This document shows positions 35,634 to 48,275 of a stretch of 64,000 bases of DNA, piece after piece. The position numbers were made by a program, and so were the translations under genes. The DNA is from an uncultured Verrucomicrobiae bacterium (GTDB lineage: Bacteria; Verrucomicrobiota; Verrucomicrobiia; Limisphaerales; Palsa-1400): positions 1,600,001 through 1,664,000 of the forward strand of contig CAVXRD010000001.1 of NCBI GenBank assembly GCA_963764165.1, read 5' to 3'. Below the pieces are notes generated by a model. That model saw only the letters and a program-made list of their open reading frames with translations, ran no database searches and was not told where the DNA came from. Position 1 is the first letter of the stretch. Each line of letters begins with the position of its first letter.

Positions 35634-37547
35634 ATGACGTATTCGGAAGCAATCGATTATCTTTACAGTCTTCGCGTGTTCGGGATGAAGTTCGGGCTGG
35701 AAAACACCCGCGCCCTGGCTGAGGCGATGGGAAATCCGCAGGCCGGGCTGCGCTTCATCCACGTCGCGGGCACGAACGGAAAAGGCTCGGTCTGCGCCAT
35801 GCTGGAGAGCATTTACCGCGCGGCGGAATTGCGCGTCGGCTTGTTCACCTCACCGCACCTGGTCGCTTTTGCCGAACGAATTCAGGTCGACCGAATTCTC
35901 ATCAGCCGCTCGGACATTGCGCGTTTGACTGCCGGGCTGCGCGCCACCATTCAGGCTCTCGGTGCCGAGACGCCCCCGACATTTTTTGAAGCCGTCACCG
36001 TGATGGCGCTGCAATACTTCAAGGAGGAGAATTGCGATCTGGTGATTTGGGAGACGGGCCTCGGCGGCCGGCTTGACGCGACGAACATCGTCACTCCGAT
36101 GGCCAGCATCATCACCAATATTCAGCTTGACCACCAAAAGTGGCTGGGCCACACGCTCCCGGAAATTGCCCGCGAAAAGGCCGGCATCATCAAGCCCGGG
36201 ATCCCTGTCATCACCGGAACCGAGGACGCCGCCGCGCTCGAAGTCATCATGGAAGTGGCGAGGCAGCAGAAGGCTCCGCTCATCGTGGAGACGGAACCAT
36301 TGCGTCAATACGAACTTGGCCTCAAGGGCGAGCATCAAAAGAAAAACGCCGCGCTGGCGCTGGCCACGGTGAATGCGTTGCACCCCAAGATTGCGGTCCC
36401 GGAATCCGCCATTGCCGAAGGCTTTCGCACCACGCGCTGGGACGGGCGCCTGCAAGTGGTCGAGCGGCCCGGCGGGCCAATGGTGCTGCTGGACGGCGCG
36501 CACAATCCCGCGGGGGCGCGAACCCTGGCCGACGCCCTGCAAACTCGTTTTTACGGCCACCGCCCCGCCCTTATCATCGGAACGATGGTGGACAAGGATT
36601 ACGCCGCCATCTGCAAAACTCTCGCTCCGCTGGCGGACAATATTTTCGCCACCGCCGTGGCCAGCGAACGCGGGGCGCAGCCGGAATTGCTCGCGGAAGC
36701 CTGCCGCCTGGCCCATCCCTCGGCCAAGATCGTCGTCTGCCCGCGCGTTTCCGAGGCGCTGGCGCAAACGGAGCGGGAACGATTCGTGGTCGTGACAGGA
36801 TCGCTTCATTTTATCGGCGAAGCGATGGAGGCCCTCGGCCTCGCCCCGGAGGAATCGGAAGGCGGTCTGAATGACTACACGACCAAAGCCAGCCCCGGCA
36901 GCATTCGTGCGGTGACGTTTGATGTGGGTGGCACGCTCATTGATCCGTGGCCGTCGGTCGGGCATGTTTATGCCGAAGTGGCGGCGCGCCATGGAATCCA
37001 TGCCGCGCCGGAAGAATTGCAGGCAAGATTTATCCGCGCATGGCTTGCCAAGAGGGACTTCGGCTACAGCCTCGCGGAATGGTCGGACCTCGTGCATCAA
37101 ACCTTCGCCGGCTTGATTGGCGGACCGGTGACGGACGGGTTGTTCAGCGATTTATATTCGTTTTTCGCAACCGCGAAACCCTGGAGGATTTTCGACGACG
37201 TGAGGCCGTGCCTTGAGGAATTGAAACGGCGCGGCGTCAAGCTCGGCGTTATTTCCAATTGGGATGAGCGGCTTCGTCCGCTGCTGCGCGAGCTGGATTT
37301 GGAAAAATACTTTGATGCCGTCGTGGTGTCCGGCGAAGTCGGCGCGCATAAGCCGGATCCGCGAATATTTCAAAAGGCATTAGGCTTATTGCAAGTGCCA
37401 GCGGACGCCACGCTGCACGTGGGCGACAGCGCGCTGGAGGATGCGGTGGGCGCGCGATCCGCAGGATTACAATCTCTTCTACTGGCCCGCGGCCAGTCTT
37501 TGGCCGATCTGGCATCGCTTGAACCGCTGCCCGCGCTAATAACCTGA
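35634..37547 (+). CDS. folC: Folylpolyglutamate synthase/dihydrofolate synthase fused to a HAD-IA hydrolase
   Basis: FolC motifs HVAGTNGKGS, FTSPHL, ETGLGGRLDATN, EKAGI, LDGAHN, TGSL; then HAD motifs FDVGGTL, SNWDERL, KPDPRIF, HVGDS..D in the same frame. Confidence 0.88.
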   Translation: MTYSEAIDYLYSLRVFGMKFGLENTRALAEAMGNPQAGLRFIHVAGTNGKGSVCAMLESIYRAAELRVGLFTSPHLVAFAERIQVDRILISRSDIARLTAGLRATIQALGAETPPTFFEAVTVMALQYFKEENCDLVIWETGLGGRLDATNIVTPMASIITNIQLDHQKWLGHTLPEIAREKAGIIKPGIPVITGTEDAAALEVIMEVARQQKAPLIVETEPLRQYELGLKGEHQKKNAALALATVNALHPKIAVPESAIAEGFRTTRWDGRLQVVERPGGPMVLLDGAHNPAGARTLADALQTRFYGHRPALIIGTMVDKDYAAICKTLAPLADNIFATAVASERGAQPELLAEACRLAHPSAKIVVCPRVSEALAQTERERFVVVTGSLHFIGEAMEALGLAPEESEGGLNDYTTKASPGSIRAVTFDVGGTLIDPWPSVGHVYAEVAARHGIHAAPEELQARFIRAWLAKRDFGYSLAEWSDLVHQTFAGLIGGPVTDGLFSDLYSFFATAKPWRIFDDVRPCLEELKRRGVKLGVISNWDERLRPLLRELDLEKYFDAVVVSGEVGAHKPDPRIFQKALGLLQVPADATLHVGDSALEDAVGARSAGLQSLLLARGQSLADLASLEPLPALIT

Positions 37548-37641
37548 CTTCACACGGCTTATACCTATTTTACAGAATTGACTACGGCGGCGGGGTATCA
37601 TTAGATTTGCTGAACGATATGGATTCAACACAGGGCAAATC

Positions 37642-38346
37642 ATGGTAAACTTATTCCGCCATTTGTTTTGTTCCTCGCTCGGCAAGAAATATCTCATGGC
37701 GGGCACCGGGGCCGCGATGGTTTTGTTTGTCCTCGGGCATCTCGCCGGGAATCTTCAGGTTTTTCTCGGCCCGGAATCCATCAACCGCTATGGCGATTTT
37801 CTTCAAACAAACGTCGAGCTTCTGTGGCCCGTCCGCATCGCCCTGCTGGCCATCATTTTCATCCACATCTGGTCGGCGGTGAAATTGACCGCTGAAAACC
37901 GCGCCGCCCGCCCGCGGGCTTATGTCAAGTGGGAGCCGACGGCCGCCAGTTATGCTTCGCGGACGATGTTCATGAGCGGCGTGATCGTGGCCATCTTCAT
38001 TGTATATCACATTTTGCATTACACGGTGATGATGAAATCCATCAACTTCACCGGCCACGACTTCACCGCCAAGCCCGAGTTTTTCGACGCCCAAGGACGG
38101 CACGACATTTACAAAATGATGATCGTTGGCTTCAAGAATCCGATTGTCTCGGTGTTTTACATCGTGGGGGTTGGCTTGCTCTGCCTGCATCTGAGCCATG
38201 GAATCAGCGCGATGTTTCAATCGCTCGGCTGGAAAAAATATTCCTACGGGCAATTCCTCGACAGCGCCTCCAAATGGCTCTCGGTCCTCATCTTTTTGGG
38301 TTACAGTTCGATACCTCTCTCGATTCTGGTGGGATTGATTAAATAA
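37642..38346 (+). CDS. sdhC: Succinate dehydrogenase cytochrome b subunit (5-TM type)
   Basis: SS.GKK..MA.TG, HLAGNL, ASRTM, HL.HG..MFQSLG; first gene of the sdh cluster. Confidence 0.9.
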   Translation: MVNLFRHLFCSSLGKKYLMAGTGAAMVLFVLGHLAGNLQVFLGPESINRYGDFLQTNVELLWPVRIALLAIIFIHIWSAVKLTAENRAARPRAYVKWEPTAASYASRTMFMSGVIVAIFIVYHILHYTVMMKSINFTGHDFTAKPEFFDAQGRHDIYKMMIVGFKNPIVSVFYIVGVGLLCLHLSHGISAMFQSLGWKKYSYGQFLDSASKWLSVLIFLGYSSIPLSILVGLIK

Positions 38347-38347
38347 A

Positions 38348-40261
<1,914 letters not shown>

Positions 40262-40272
40262 GCGAAGCGACC

Positions 40273-41046
40273 ATGAATCTTACATTGAAAGTCTGGCGGC
40301 AGAAAGACGGCGCCAGCGAAGGCCGCCTCGTCACTTACCAGGCGCCCAACGTCTCGCCCGACATGTCGTTCCTCGAAATGCTGGACGTGCTCAACGAGGA
40401 TTTGATGGCGAAGGGCGAAGACCCGATTGCGTTCGACTCTGATTGCCGCGAAGGCATTTGCGGAACGTGCTCGATGGTCATCAACGGCTATGCCCACGGC
40501 GGCCAGCCGGGCACGACCGTCTGTCAACTGCACATGCGCAAATTCCGGGACGGCGACACCATCGTGATCGAGCCGTGGCGCGCCAAGGCATTCCCGATCC
40601 TGCGCGATTTGATCACGGATCGCAGCGCTTTTGACCGCATCATTCAGGCGGGCGGTTTCGTCTCGGTCAACACAGGTGGCGCGCCCGACGCCAACGCGAT
40701 TCCCATTCCGAAAACGGATGCCGACGTCGCGATGGACGCGGCCCAATGCATCGGCTGTGGCGCATGCGTCGCCGCCTGCAAGAACGCCTCGGCGATGCTT
40801 TTCGTCTCCGCCAAAGTTTCGCATCTGGCGATGCTGCCGCAAGGCCAGACCGAGCGCGAACGCCGCGTGTTGAAGATGGTCAAAGTCATGGATGAATCGG
40901 GCTTCGGCAATTGCACCGTGACTGGTTCCTGCGAAGCCGTCTGCCCGAAGGAAATCAGCCTTGATTTCATTGCCAAGATGAACCGCGAATATGGCAAGGC
41001 CATTTTGGAGAATAATGTTCCCAGAGCGAGCAAAGGCGGGGATTAA
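40273..41046 (+). CDS. sdhB: Succinate dehydrogenase iron-sulfur subunit
   Basis: [17 protein letters not shown]...C, CT.TGSC...CPK. Confidence 0.95.
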   Translation: MNLTLKVWRQKDGASEGRLVTYQAPNVSPDMSFLEMLDVLNEDLMAKGEDPIAFDSDCREGICGTCSMVINGYAHGGQPGTTVCQLHMRKFRDGDTIVIEPWRAKAFPILRDLITDRSAFDRIIQAGGFVSVNTGGAPDANAIPIPKTDADVAMDAAQCIGCGACVAACKNASAMLFVSAKVSHLAMLPQGQTERERRVLKMVKVMDESGFGNCTVTGSCEAVCPKEISLDFIAKMNREYGKAILENNVPRASKGGD

Positions 41047-41048
41047 TG

Positions 41049-41232
41049 AATCAGGAACGACCGAACTCAGGAAAAGAGGCCTTGGGAGTTTTTAAAGATT
41101 GCACTCTGTGCGATGCAAATCATGGGAGTGATGTGAAGGATGGGACTAATGATTTCAGATGAAAGCGTGCGGATTAGCAGTGCGCGTGACCTAGGCTTTG
41201 GCCTCTGTTCCTGAGTTCGGTCGTTCCTGATT
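41049..41232. repeat. MITE-like intergenic element, copy 2, between convergent genes
   Basis: AATCAGGAACGACCGAACTCAGGAAAAGAGGC ... GCCTCTGTTCCTGAGTTCGGTCGTTCCTGATT; spacer differs from copy 1. Confidence 0.8.
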
Positions 41233-41878
41233 AATACCCTCCCTTCTTCCCCAGTTCCGGCCAGAGCCGTTCCAAGTCGGGATCGGTCGCGGCCATTGAT
41301 TTTAGCTCCTTGGCATCACCGAGCTTGAATGATTTTTCCAGATAGCCGCGCGCTTGGTCCAAGGCCCCAAGCTGGCAGCAATAACACGCAATGTTGTAGG
41401 GAACAATCGGCTCTTTGGGAAACTTCTTCTGGGCATCCAGCAAAATCAGTTTCGCCGCCTCCAATCCGCCGCCGGGGCTTCGCCGGATGGCGTAGGCCAT
41501 GCTGACCCACCAATTCACATCCCCGGGCTCAACCAGGCGCAGCGCATTGGATACTTCAGCCGCAATGTCCCAGCGGGCGGTTTTGGTCGAGATCGCCAAT
41601 CGCACCCGCAACACCTGCGGATGTTTCTGGAATTGCAGGGGGATCTTCCCCAATTCGTCAACCGCGGATTGCGCCTCACCGGCCTCCAGCCAGCCGAGAG
41701 CGGTCTTGATGGAAATGGCCAGATGCACCTGCAGCACATGCTGGTGCTTTTGAAATTTCGGAGCAATTTTCGCCAATTCTTCAATGGCGGACTTCTCATC
41801 CCCCAACTCCAGCCAGCCAAGGGCGGAGGAAAGGTAATGCGCGTCCGGCATCTCCAATTTGTTTTCAGAATCACCCAC
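41231..41878 (-). CDS. TPR-like protein with an internal 41-aa tandem duplication
   Basis: ALGWLELG../ALGWLEAG.. repeat; C-terminal YNIACY..QLG...A..YL...A.DPDL. Confidence 0.8.
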   Translation of the reverse strand: MGDSENKLEMPDAHYLSSALGWLELGDEKSAIEELAKIAPKFQKHQHVLQVHLAISIKTALGWLEAGEAQSAVDELGKIPLQFQKHPQVLRVRLAISTKTARWDIAAEVSNALRLVEPGDVNWWVSMAYAIRRSPGGGLEAAKLILLDAQKKFPKEPIVPYNIACYCCQLGALDQARGYLEKSFKLGDAKELKSMAATDPDLERLWPELGKKGGY

Positions 41879-41975
41879 GCATTCAACATTCCCATCGCAC
41901 CGATTGGCGTCAATGGCAATTGATGCGCGCCACTCGAATGTTGCAAAAGCAATTCAAGCCGTTAGTCTCGCGGCG

Positions 41976-43190
41976 GTGCCGACCAATTCGCGCCAGGTTC
42001 ATCCGTGGGTTTTCATGGTGCTGTGCATTCCCTTCGGGGTAAGCTCAGGTTACGCCAGCGTCACCCTCCCCTTCCTGCTCAAAGCGCAGGGCGTCTCCGT
42101 GGCAACCATCACCGCGCTGACCGCGCTCACGTTTTTGCCGCAGACGTGGAAGTTCTTTTGGGGGCCGGTGGTGGACATCACCCTGAACCAGCGAAAATGG
42201 TATGTTCTCTCCAATCTTCTCACCTCGATTGGCATTGGCGCGATTGGCTTTTTCCCGTCGACTCCAGCGGCCTTGAAGATTCTCTCGGCCCTGGTTTTTT
42301 TGAGCAGCCTTGCCTCGACTTTTCTGGGAATGGCGTTGGAAAGTTTGATCGCGCACGGCACGCCGGATGAGTGGCGGGGGCGCGTTGCGGGTTGGTACCA
42401 GGCGGGAAATCTGGGCGGGATGGGCCTCGGCGGCGGTCTTGGATTGGAATTGGCCGAGCGCCTGCCCTCGCCGTGGATGGCCAGCACCATTGTCGGCATT
42501 TTGTGCATCCTTTGCGGCGTGGCGCTGTTTTGGGCGCCCCATCCCGAAAAAGCATTCAGCGGGCAAAGGCTGCTGCCAAAGTTGTGGGAGACATGCAAAG
42601 AAATCTGGCAGGTGGTGAGATCCCGCACAGGCGCGCAGGCGCTGCTGCTTTGCTTTCTGCCGATTGGAACCAGCGCGGCGCCTTTTGCCGCGCTCGCCAC
42701 CGAATGGCACTCGTCGGATCATGTGGTCGCCATCGTCACGGGAGTGCTGGGCGGCCTGATCTCCGCTGTCGGCTGTTTTGCGGGAGGCTGGGCTTGCGAC
42801 CGGATGAACCGCCAATACGCCTACGTCTGGTTCGGCATCATCCAAGCCGGTTCGTGCCTTGGAATGGCGTGGATGGCTCGGACCCAGCCGATGTTTATAG
42901 CTTGGACATTGATTTATAACTTCACCGCGGGGCTGGCGTATGCGGCGTTCTCCGCCTACGTGCTGGAAGCCATCGGCAAAGGCGCCGCCGCGACCAAATA
43001 CAACATGCTGGCCTCGCTTTCCAACATTCCGATCATGTTCATGACCGAATGGGACGGCAAGGCGCACGATAAATGGGATTCAACGCGGATGTTCTACCTC
43101 GAAGCGGGTCTGGCCGTGGCCAGCGCCCTGATTTTTCTGGTGCTGACAAAATTGTTTTGGCCGAAGCGGCCACTCGAGATTGGGAAATAA
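41976..43190 (+). CDS. MFS transporter (AmpG-like)
   Basis: P.TWKF.WGP.VD....RKW, AG..GG.G.GGG, AATKY..LASL.N. Start codon uncertain (GTG). Confidence 0.75.
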   Translation: MPTNSRQVHPWVFMVLCIPFGVSSGYASVTLPFLLKAQGVSVATITALTALTFLPQTWKFFWGPVVDITLNQRKWYVLSNLLTSIGIGAIGFFPSTPAALKILSALVFLSSLASTFLGMALESLIAHGTPDEWRGRVAGWYQAGNLGGMGLGGGLGLELAERLPSPWMASTIVGILCILCGVALFWAPHPEKAFSGQRLLPKLWETCKEIWQVVRSRTGAQALLLCFLPIGTSAAPFAALATEWHSSDHVVAIVTGVLGGLISAVGCFAGGWACDRMNRQYAYVWFGIIQAGSCLGMAWMARTQPMFIAWTLIYNFTAGLAYAAFSAYVLEAIGKGAAATKYNMLASLSNIPIMFMTEWDGKAHDKWDSTRMFYLEAGLAVASALIFLVLTKLFWPKRPLEIGK

Positions 43191-43316
43191 AGGATCGAAA
43201 GGCAGGCAGCCAGTCGCACCTGTTTTTTGAAAGCGCGGCGCTAAACGCAGGATATTAATTGGAATTAAACATCCACCATAGACACGCATTTATGAAGTTG
43301 TTAGGATAACGTCCTT

Positions 43317-43784
43317 ATGAAACCAGTTCACCACATTGCGGAAGGATTCCGCGCGCTCACGCCTTATTTGATTGTGGATGGCGCGGTCAAGGCCATTGAG
43401 TTTTACAAAGCAGCTTTTGGCGCGAAGGAGATTGTGCGCATGCCAATGCCTGATGGGCGGCTCGCGCATGCGGAAATTGAAATCGGCGATTGCAAATTGA
43501 TGATGGCCGATGGCTGCGAAGCCACCCTGGTCAAAAGCCCGCAGGCCTACGGCGGCACGCCGGTGACGATGTGCCTTTACGTGGAGGATTGCGACGCGGC
43601 CACCGCCAAGGCGCTCGAACTCGGCGCGAAAATCATTCGCCCGCTGGAAGATCATTTTTATGGCGACCGCTCGGCCACCATCAGCGATCCATTCGGCCAT
43701 ATCTGGACCATTTCCACCCACAAGGAAGACGTGACACCCGAGGAGACACAACGGCGCGCCGACGCTTTGTTCGCGCAAAAATGA
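43317..43784 (+). CDS. VOC/glyoxalase (PhnB-like) protein
   Basis: LTPYL.V..A..AIEFY..AFGA, HAEI.IG, FYGDR....DPFGH.W. Confidence 0.92.
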   Translation: MKPVHHIAEGFRALTPYLIVDGAVKAIEFYKAAFGAKEIVRMPMPDGRLAHAEIEIGDCKLMMADGCEATLVKSPQAYGGTPVTMCLYVEDCDAATAKALELGAKIIRPLEDHFYGDRSATISDPFGHIWTISTHKEDVTPEETQRRADALFAQK

Positions 43785-43839
43785 ATCCCGAGGCGCGGCC
43801 CATCGTCTATTGGCTGTCCATGGCTGTCTGCCGGCAACG

Positions 43840-45975
43840 ATGACGTTTTGCGCCCATTCGAGTTCTGCCCTAAGGCCCCTGACTGCGGTGATTCCATTCG
43901 CCCGGGGAGCTTGCGCCATCGCCCTCGCGATTTTCCCGATTTTGGCCGCGCAAGCCGGGCAGAATCCAGGCGTGGCGGATTACAAGGCGCGCATCCAGCC
44001 GCTGTTGCAGAATTACTGCTTTGATTGCCATGGCGACGGCGCGCACAAGGGCGATGTGGCGTTCGACGAGATGAAGTCCGACCAGCAGATTCTTACCAAT
44101 CGCGATCTTTGGCTTAAAGCGCTGAAAAATGTCCGGGCCGGAATGATGCCGCCCGCCAAGAAACCGCAGCCGACGCCGGAAGAGAAGCTCCAGCTTGCGC
44201 AATGGATCAAAACGTCAGTTTTCAACGCCAATCCCGACGCTCCCGATCCCGGTCATGTGACGATCCGCCGGCTCAATCGGGTCGAATATCACAATACGAT
44301 TCGCGACTTGATGGGCATCAGTTACGACACGCAACTAGCCTTCCCGCCGGACGACACCGGCTACGGCTTCGACACTATTGGCGACGTGCTCACCATTTCG
44401 CCGATGTTGCTGGAAAAATACTTGAACGCCGCGCAGCAAATCGTGGCCAAGGCCGTGCCGGAGAAGCTGGAAGGGTCCGATTCAAAGGCGTATCGCCGAT
44501 TTTTCCCGCGCAACGTGCCTGAGACCGCCAAGGAACGCCGGGCCTACGCCCGGGAAGTCATTTCCAGCTTCGCCCAAAAAGCCTTCCGCCGCCCCGTGGA
44601 CACGAAAACGGTGAACCGCCTGGCCGACATGGCGGAGGACACGTATTCGCGCCCCGGCAAATCGTTCGAGTCTGGCATTGCGGACGCGATGGTTGCGGTG
44701 CTGGCGTCGCCGCGATTTGTTTTCCGCGAGGAAGCAACCAAGGAGAACAAGGCCCATCCCGATTATCCATTGGTGGACGAATTTTCGCTCGCTTCGCGCC
44801 TGTCGTATTTCCTGTGGTCGACCATGCCGGACGAGGATTTGATGCGCGAAGCCGCCGCCGGGACCCTCCGGGCAAATCTCACCGAGGAGCTGCGCCGCAT
44901 GCTGACCGACAAGCGCTCCAAAGATTTCGTGCGGAATTTCACCGGCCAGTGGCTGAAGGCGCGCGACGTCGAGAATATCCAGATCGAAGATTCCGCGGTG
45001 CTCCAACGCGAGCGCGGCAACAATCCGGAAATGGAAAAAGTCCGCCATCGCTACCACGAACTCGACAACCTTGGCGAAGAGCGCCGCAACAAGGAAGAGG
45101 AGGCGGAATACAAGGAGATCAAGTCGACTTTCTTCAAACGCTTTGCAGTCGCACTTACGCCCGCCCTGAGCAGCGAGATGCGCCGCGCCATGCGAGATGA
45201 AACCGAGCAGGTTTTCAGCTATGTCATCAAAGATGACCGCAGTTTGATTGAATTGATCGATAGCGATTACACGTTTCTCAACGAAAAACTCGCTCATCAA
45301 TACGGCATTACCAACGTCACCGGCAGCGACATGCGCCGGGTCACGCTGCCGCCAAATAGTCCGCGCGGCGGGATTTTGACCGAGGGCACGGTGCTCGTGG
45401 TGACTTCCAATCCCACCCGCACCTCGCCGGTGAAACGCGGGTTGTTCATCCTCGACAATGTTCTCGGCACGCCGCCGCCGCCGCCCCCGCCGAACATCCC
45501 GTCCCTGGAGGATGCGCTCAAGTCGCTAACCAACGGCACGCCAACCTTGCGCCAGACGCTCGCGGCGCATCGGGCCAGCCCCATGTGCGCCTCCTGCCAT
45601 AATCGAATGGACCCGCTCGGCCTGGCCATGGAAAATTTCGATGCCCTCGGCCTCTGGCGAACCAACGAGCTGAAGCAGCCCATCGATGTCGCGGGAACTT
45701 TGTTGACCGGCGAGAGTTTTGGGAGCATTCAAGAGCTGAAGCACGCCCTGGCCAAAAAGCACGCGGAAGATTTCTATCGGACTTTGACAGAAAAGATGCT
45801 AACTTATGCTTTGGGCCGCGGCTTGGAATACTATGATGTCGAGACAGTAGATCAAATTGTAGCCCGGATCAAAAAAGCGGATGGACGCCCTTCTGCCCTG
45901 CTCGCCGGCATCGTGGAGTCGGCTCCGTTCCAGGAATGCCGGGCCGCCTCGGCTAAATCAATCTCAGCGCGTTAA
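43840..45975 (+). CDS. DUF1587/1592/1588/1585 c-type heme protein
   Basis: CFDCH and CASCH; RRLNR.EY.NTIRDL, LASRLSYFLWS.MPD, RTSPVKRG, TYALGRG. Start codon uncertain. Confidence 0.88.
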   Translation: MTFCAHSSSALRPLTAVIPFARGACAIALAIFPILAAQAGQNPGVADYKARIQPLLQNYCFDCHGDGAHKGDVAFDEMKSDQQILTNRDLWLKALKNVRAGMMPPAKKPQPTPEEKLQLAQWIKTSVFNANPDAPDPGHVTIRRLNRVEYHNTIRDLMGISYDTQLAFPPDDTGYGFDTIGDVLTISPMLLEKYLNAAQQIVAKAVPEKLEGSDSKAYRRFFPRNVPETAKERRAYAREVISSFAQKAFRRPVDTKTVNRLADMAEDTYSRPGKSFESGIADAMVAVLASPRFVFREEATKENKAHPDYPLVDEFSLASRLSYFLWSTMPDEDLMREAAAGTLRANLTEELRRMLTDKRSKDFVRNFTGQWLKARDVENIQIEDSAVLQRERGNNPEMEKVRHRYHELDNLGEERRNKEEEAEYKEIKSTFFKRFAVALTPALSSEMRRAMRDETEQVFSYVIKDDRSLIELIDSDYTFLNEKLAHQYGITNVTGSDMRRVTLPPNSPRGGILTEGTVLVVTSNPTRTSPVKRGLFILDNVLGTPPPPPPPNIPSLEDALKSLTNGTPTLRQTLAAHRASPMCASCHNRMDPLGLAMENFDALGLWRTNELKQPIDVAGTLLTGESFGSIQELKHALAKKHAEDFYRTLTEKMLTYALGRGLEYYDVETVDQIVARIKKADGRPSALLAGIVESAPFQECRAASAKSISAR

Positions 45976-45979
45976 AATT

Positions 45980-47368
45980 ATGACGACAAAAAATAGTTCC
46001 AATGGCAATTCAGCCCAAACCGGATTCAGCCGCCGTCATTTTTTGCGCGGGCTCGGCGCGGCCATTGCCCTGCCCGCTTTCAGTTCACTCGTGCCGCCGT
46101 CACTGGCGGCCGCGACCAGCGCCAAGCTCGCCGTCACGCCGACGGGCGCGCCGCTGCGCACCGCGTTTCTCTATTTCCCAAACGGCGCCATTCCCGCCGC
46201 ATGGTGGCCGGCCAAGGAAGGCACGGATTTCCAGCTTAGCAAAACCCTCCAGCCGCTGGCCGACCTGCGCCAGCACCTGCAAGTCGTAGGCGGCCTTGAC
46301 GATCACAGCGCGGATGGGCGCGAGGACGGCGGGGGCGACCACGCCCGGGCCAACGGAACGTTCCTCACCGGCGTCCGCTTGAAAAAGAGCGCGACAGATA
46401 TTCGCGCGGGCATTTCCATCGACCAGGTTTTCGCACGGCAAATCGGGCATTTGACGCGCTTTAGCTCGCTGGAATTGACGTGCGAAAGCGAACGCCCCAG
46501 CGGCGCTTGCGATACCGGTTATTCCTGCGCCTATCAATACAATCTTTCCTGGAGTTCGCCCACCACGCCGATGGCGGCGGAATCGAATCCGCGCCTCGTG
46601 TTCGAGCGCCTCTTCGGCGCCGGCCCGCCCGGCCAGCGCGCGGAAAGCTTGCGCCGCCGCCGGCTGGAGCAGCGCTCGATCCTGGATTTCGTGATGCAGG
46701 ACGCCAAGGCGATGGAGCGCCGCCTCAATTACAACGACCAGGCCAAATTGGACCAATACTTGACAGGTGTGCGGGAATTGGAAGCGCGCATCCACCAGGC
46801 CGAAAAACTCGGCGATCCAAAAGACCCGATGGTGCCGACGCCCACGGCCATCCCGGCCAGTTACGCCGAGCACATGGACCTTTTATTTGACATCTTGACG
46901 CTTGCCTTCCAGACCGATTCCACCCGCATTGCAACGATGGCGCTGGCGCACGACGGCAGCAACCGCTCGTTTTCCGAGATTGGGATTCCCGAGGGCCACC
47001 ATGATCTTTCGCATCATTTTGAAAACGCGGAGAAAATCAAGAAAGTTTCCGACATCGATCTGTGGTATGTGCAGCAATTCGGCAAGTTCCTGCGCAAGCT
47101 CGACGCGGTCAAGGACACGGACGGCAAATCGCTTTTGCACAACTCCATGATCGTCTACGGCAGCGGCAACGCCGATGGCAACCGCCATTCGCACACGAAT
47201 CTTCCGCTGATCCTGGCAGGCGCGGGCGGCGGGACACTGACGCCAGGACGCTATGTCAAGCATTCGTCCGTTCCCATGTCTAATATGTTCCTGAGCGTCG
47301 GCGATCGTTTGGGGCTGTCAGACATTCCGCGCTTTGGAGAGTCCACCGGGAGATTGTCAAATGTATAG
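45980..47368 (+). CDS. DUF1552 domain protein (Tat-exported)
   Basis: SRRHFLRGLG, Y.PNG, GGDH, YSCAY..N.SW, FQTD.TR, HH.LSHH, H.H.NLP. Confidence 0.9.
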   Translation: MTTKNSSNGNSAQTGFSRRHFLRGLGAAIALPAFSSLVPPSLAAATSAKLAVTPTGAPLRTAFLYFPNGAIPAAWWPAKEGTDFQLSKTLQPLADLRQHLQVVGGLDDHSADGREDGGGDHARANGTFLTGVRLKKSATDIRAGISIDQVFARQIGHLTRFSSLELTCESERPSGACDTGYSCAYQYNLSWSSPTTPMAAESNPRLVFERLFGAGPPGQRAESLRRRRLEQRSILDFVMQDAKAMERRLNYNDQAKLDQYLTGVRELEARIHQAEKLGDPKDPMVPTPTAIPASYAEHMDLLFDILTLAFQTDSTRIATMALAHDGSNRSFSEIGIPEGHHDLSHHFENAEKIKKVSDIDLWYVQQFGKFLRKLDAVKDTDGKSLLHNSMIVYGSGNADGNRHSHTNLPLILAGAGGGTLTPGRYVKHSSVPMSNMFLSVGDRLGLSDIPRFGESTGRLSNV

Positions 47369-48233
47369 TTTCTTGCGGAAGGCGGCCGGAGTTGCCGCTT
47401 GCTTCGCTGCCGCCGCGGCGTTGAGCGCCATGGCGGCTGAGCCGTTTGTCCTGCCACTTTGGGAAAACGGCCCGCCTGGATTCGAAAAATACCGCAACGA
47501 AGTGGAAACCACCAACGGAGGCTCGGTCGCAAACGTCCACAATCCGTCCATCACTGTTTATTTGCCGCCGAAGGAAAAAGCCAACGGCGCAGGCGTGCTG
47601 ATTTTTCCGGGAGGCGGATTCCGCCAGATCGGTGTCAAGGGCGAAGGCGTCGAACCGGCGCATTATTGGAACGATCTTGGCGTGGCGGCGTTCATTTGCA
47701 AATACCGCCTGCCGCGCGAAACCAATTCGCCCTATTCCCTTGACATCCACCCGCGCCAGGACGGCCAGCGCGCGATGCGCGTCGTCCGCAGCCACGCCGC
47801 CGAATGGGGCATCGATCCGAAACGCATCGGCATTGAAGGCTTTTCCGCCGGCGGAGAAATGACCTCTTACCTAGCCTTCAGCCCCTACGCTGGCGACCCG
47901 AACGCCGCCGACCCGGTTGACCGCCTCGATTGTTCCGTCGCGTTTCAAATTGTTATTTATCCCGGCCCGCTTGGCATCCCGGAAAAGGTTGCCTCCGACG
48001 CCCCGCCCGCCTTCTTCATCATCGCGAACGACGACACAGGCCACATGGAAGGATTGCTTTCGATGGTCGCTAAATACCACGCCGCCAACCGCCCAATGGA
48101 AGTTCACATCTACGAGCGAGGCGGCCACGGTTTTGGAATGGGGACACACTCCAAATTCAAATCCATCCGCACATGGAATGACCGCCTGACCGACTGGCTG
48201 AACGACAACAAGATTTTGCAGGGCGCGCCGTGA
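47361..48233 (+). CDS. Secreted alpha/beta hydrolase (carbohydrate esterase-like)
   Basis: PGGGF, YRLP, GFSAGG nucleophile elbow, GGHGFG. Confidence 0.85.
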   Translation: MYSFLRKAAGVAACFAAAAALSAMAAEPFVLPLWENGPPGFEKYRNEVETTNGGSVANVHNPSITVYLPPKEKANGAGVLIFPGGGFRQIGVKGEGVEPAHYWNDLGVAAFICKYRLPRETNSPYSLDIHPRQDGQRAMRVVRSHAAEWGIDPKRIGIEGFSAGGEMTSYLAFSPYAGDPNAADPVDRLDCSVAFQIVIYPGPLGIPEKVASDAPPAFFIIANDDTGHMEGLLSMVAKYHAANRPMEVHIYERGGHGFGMGTHSKFKSIRTWNDRLTDWLNDNKILQGAP

Positions 48234-48275
48234 GTCGAAAAGCAACATCACCGTTGCGACAATGTTCCGCCGACA

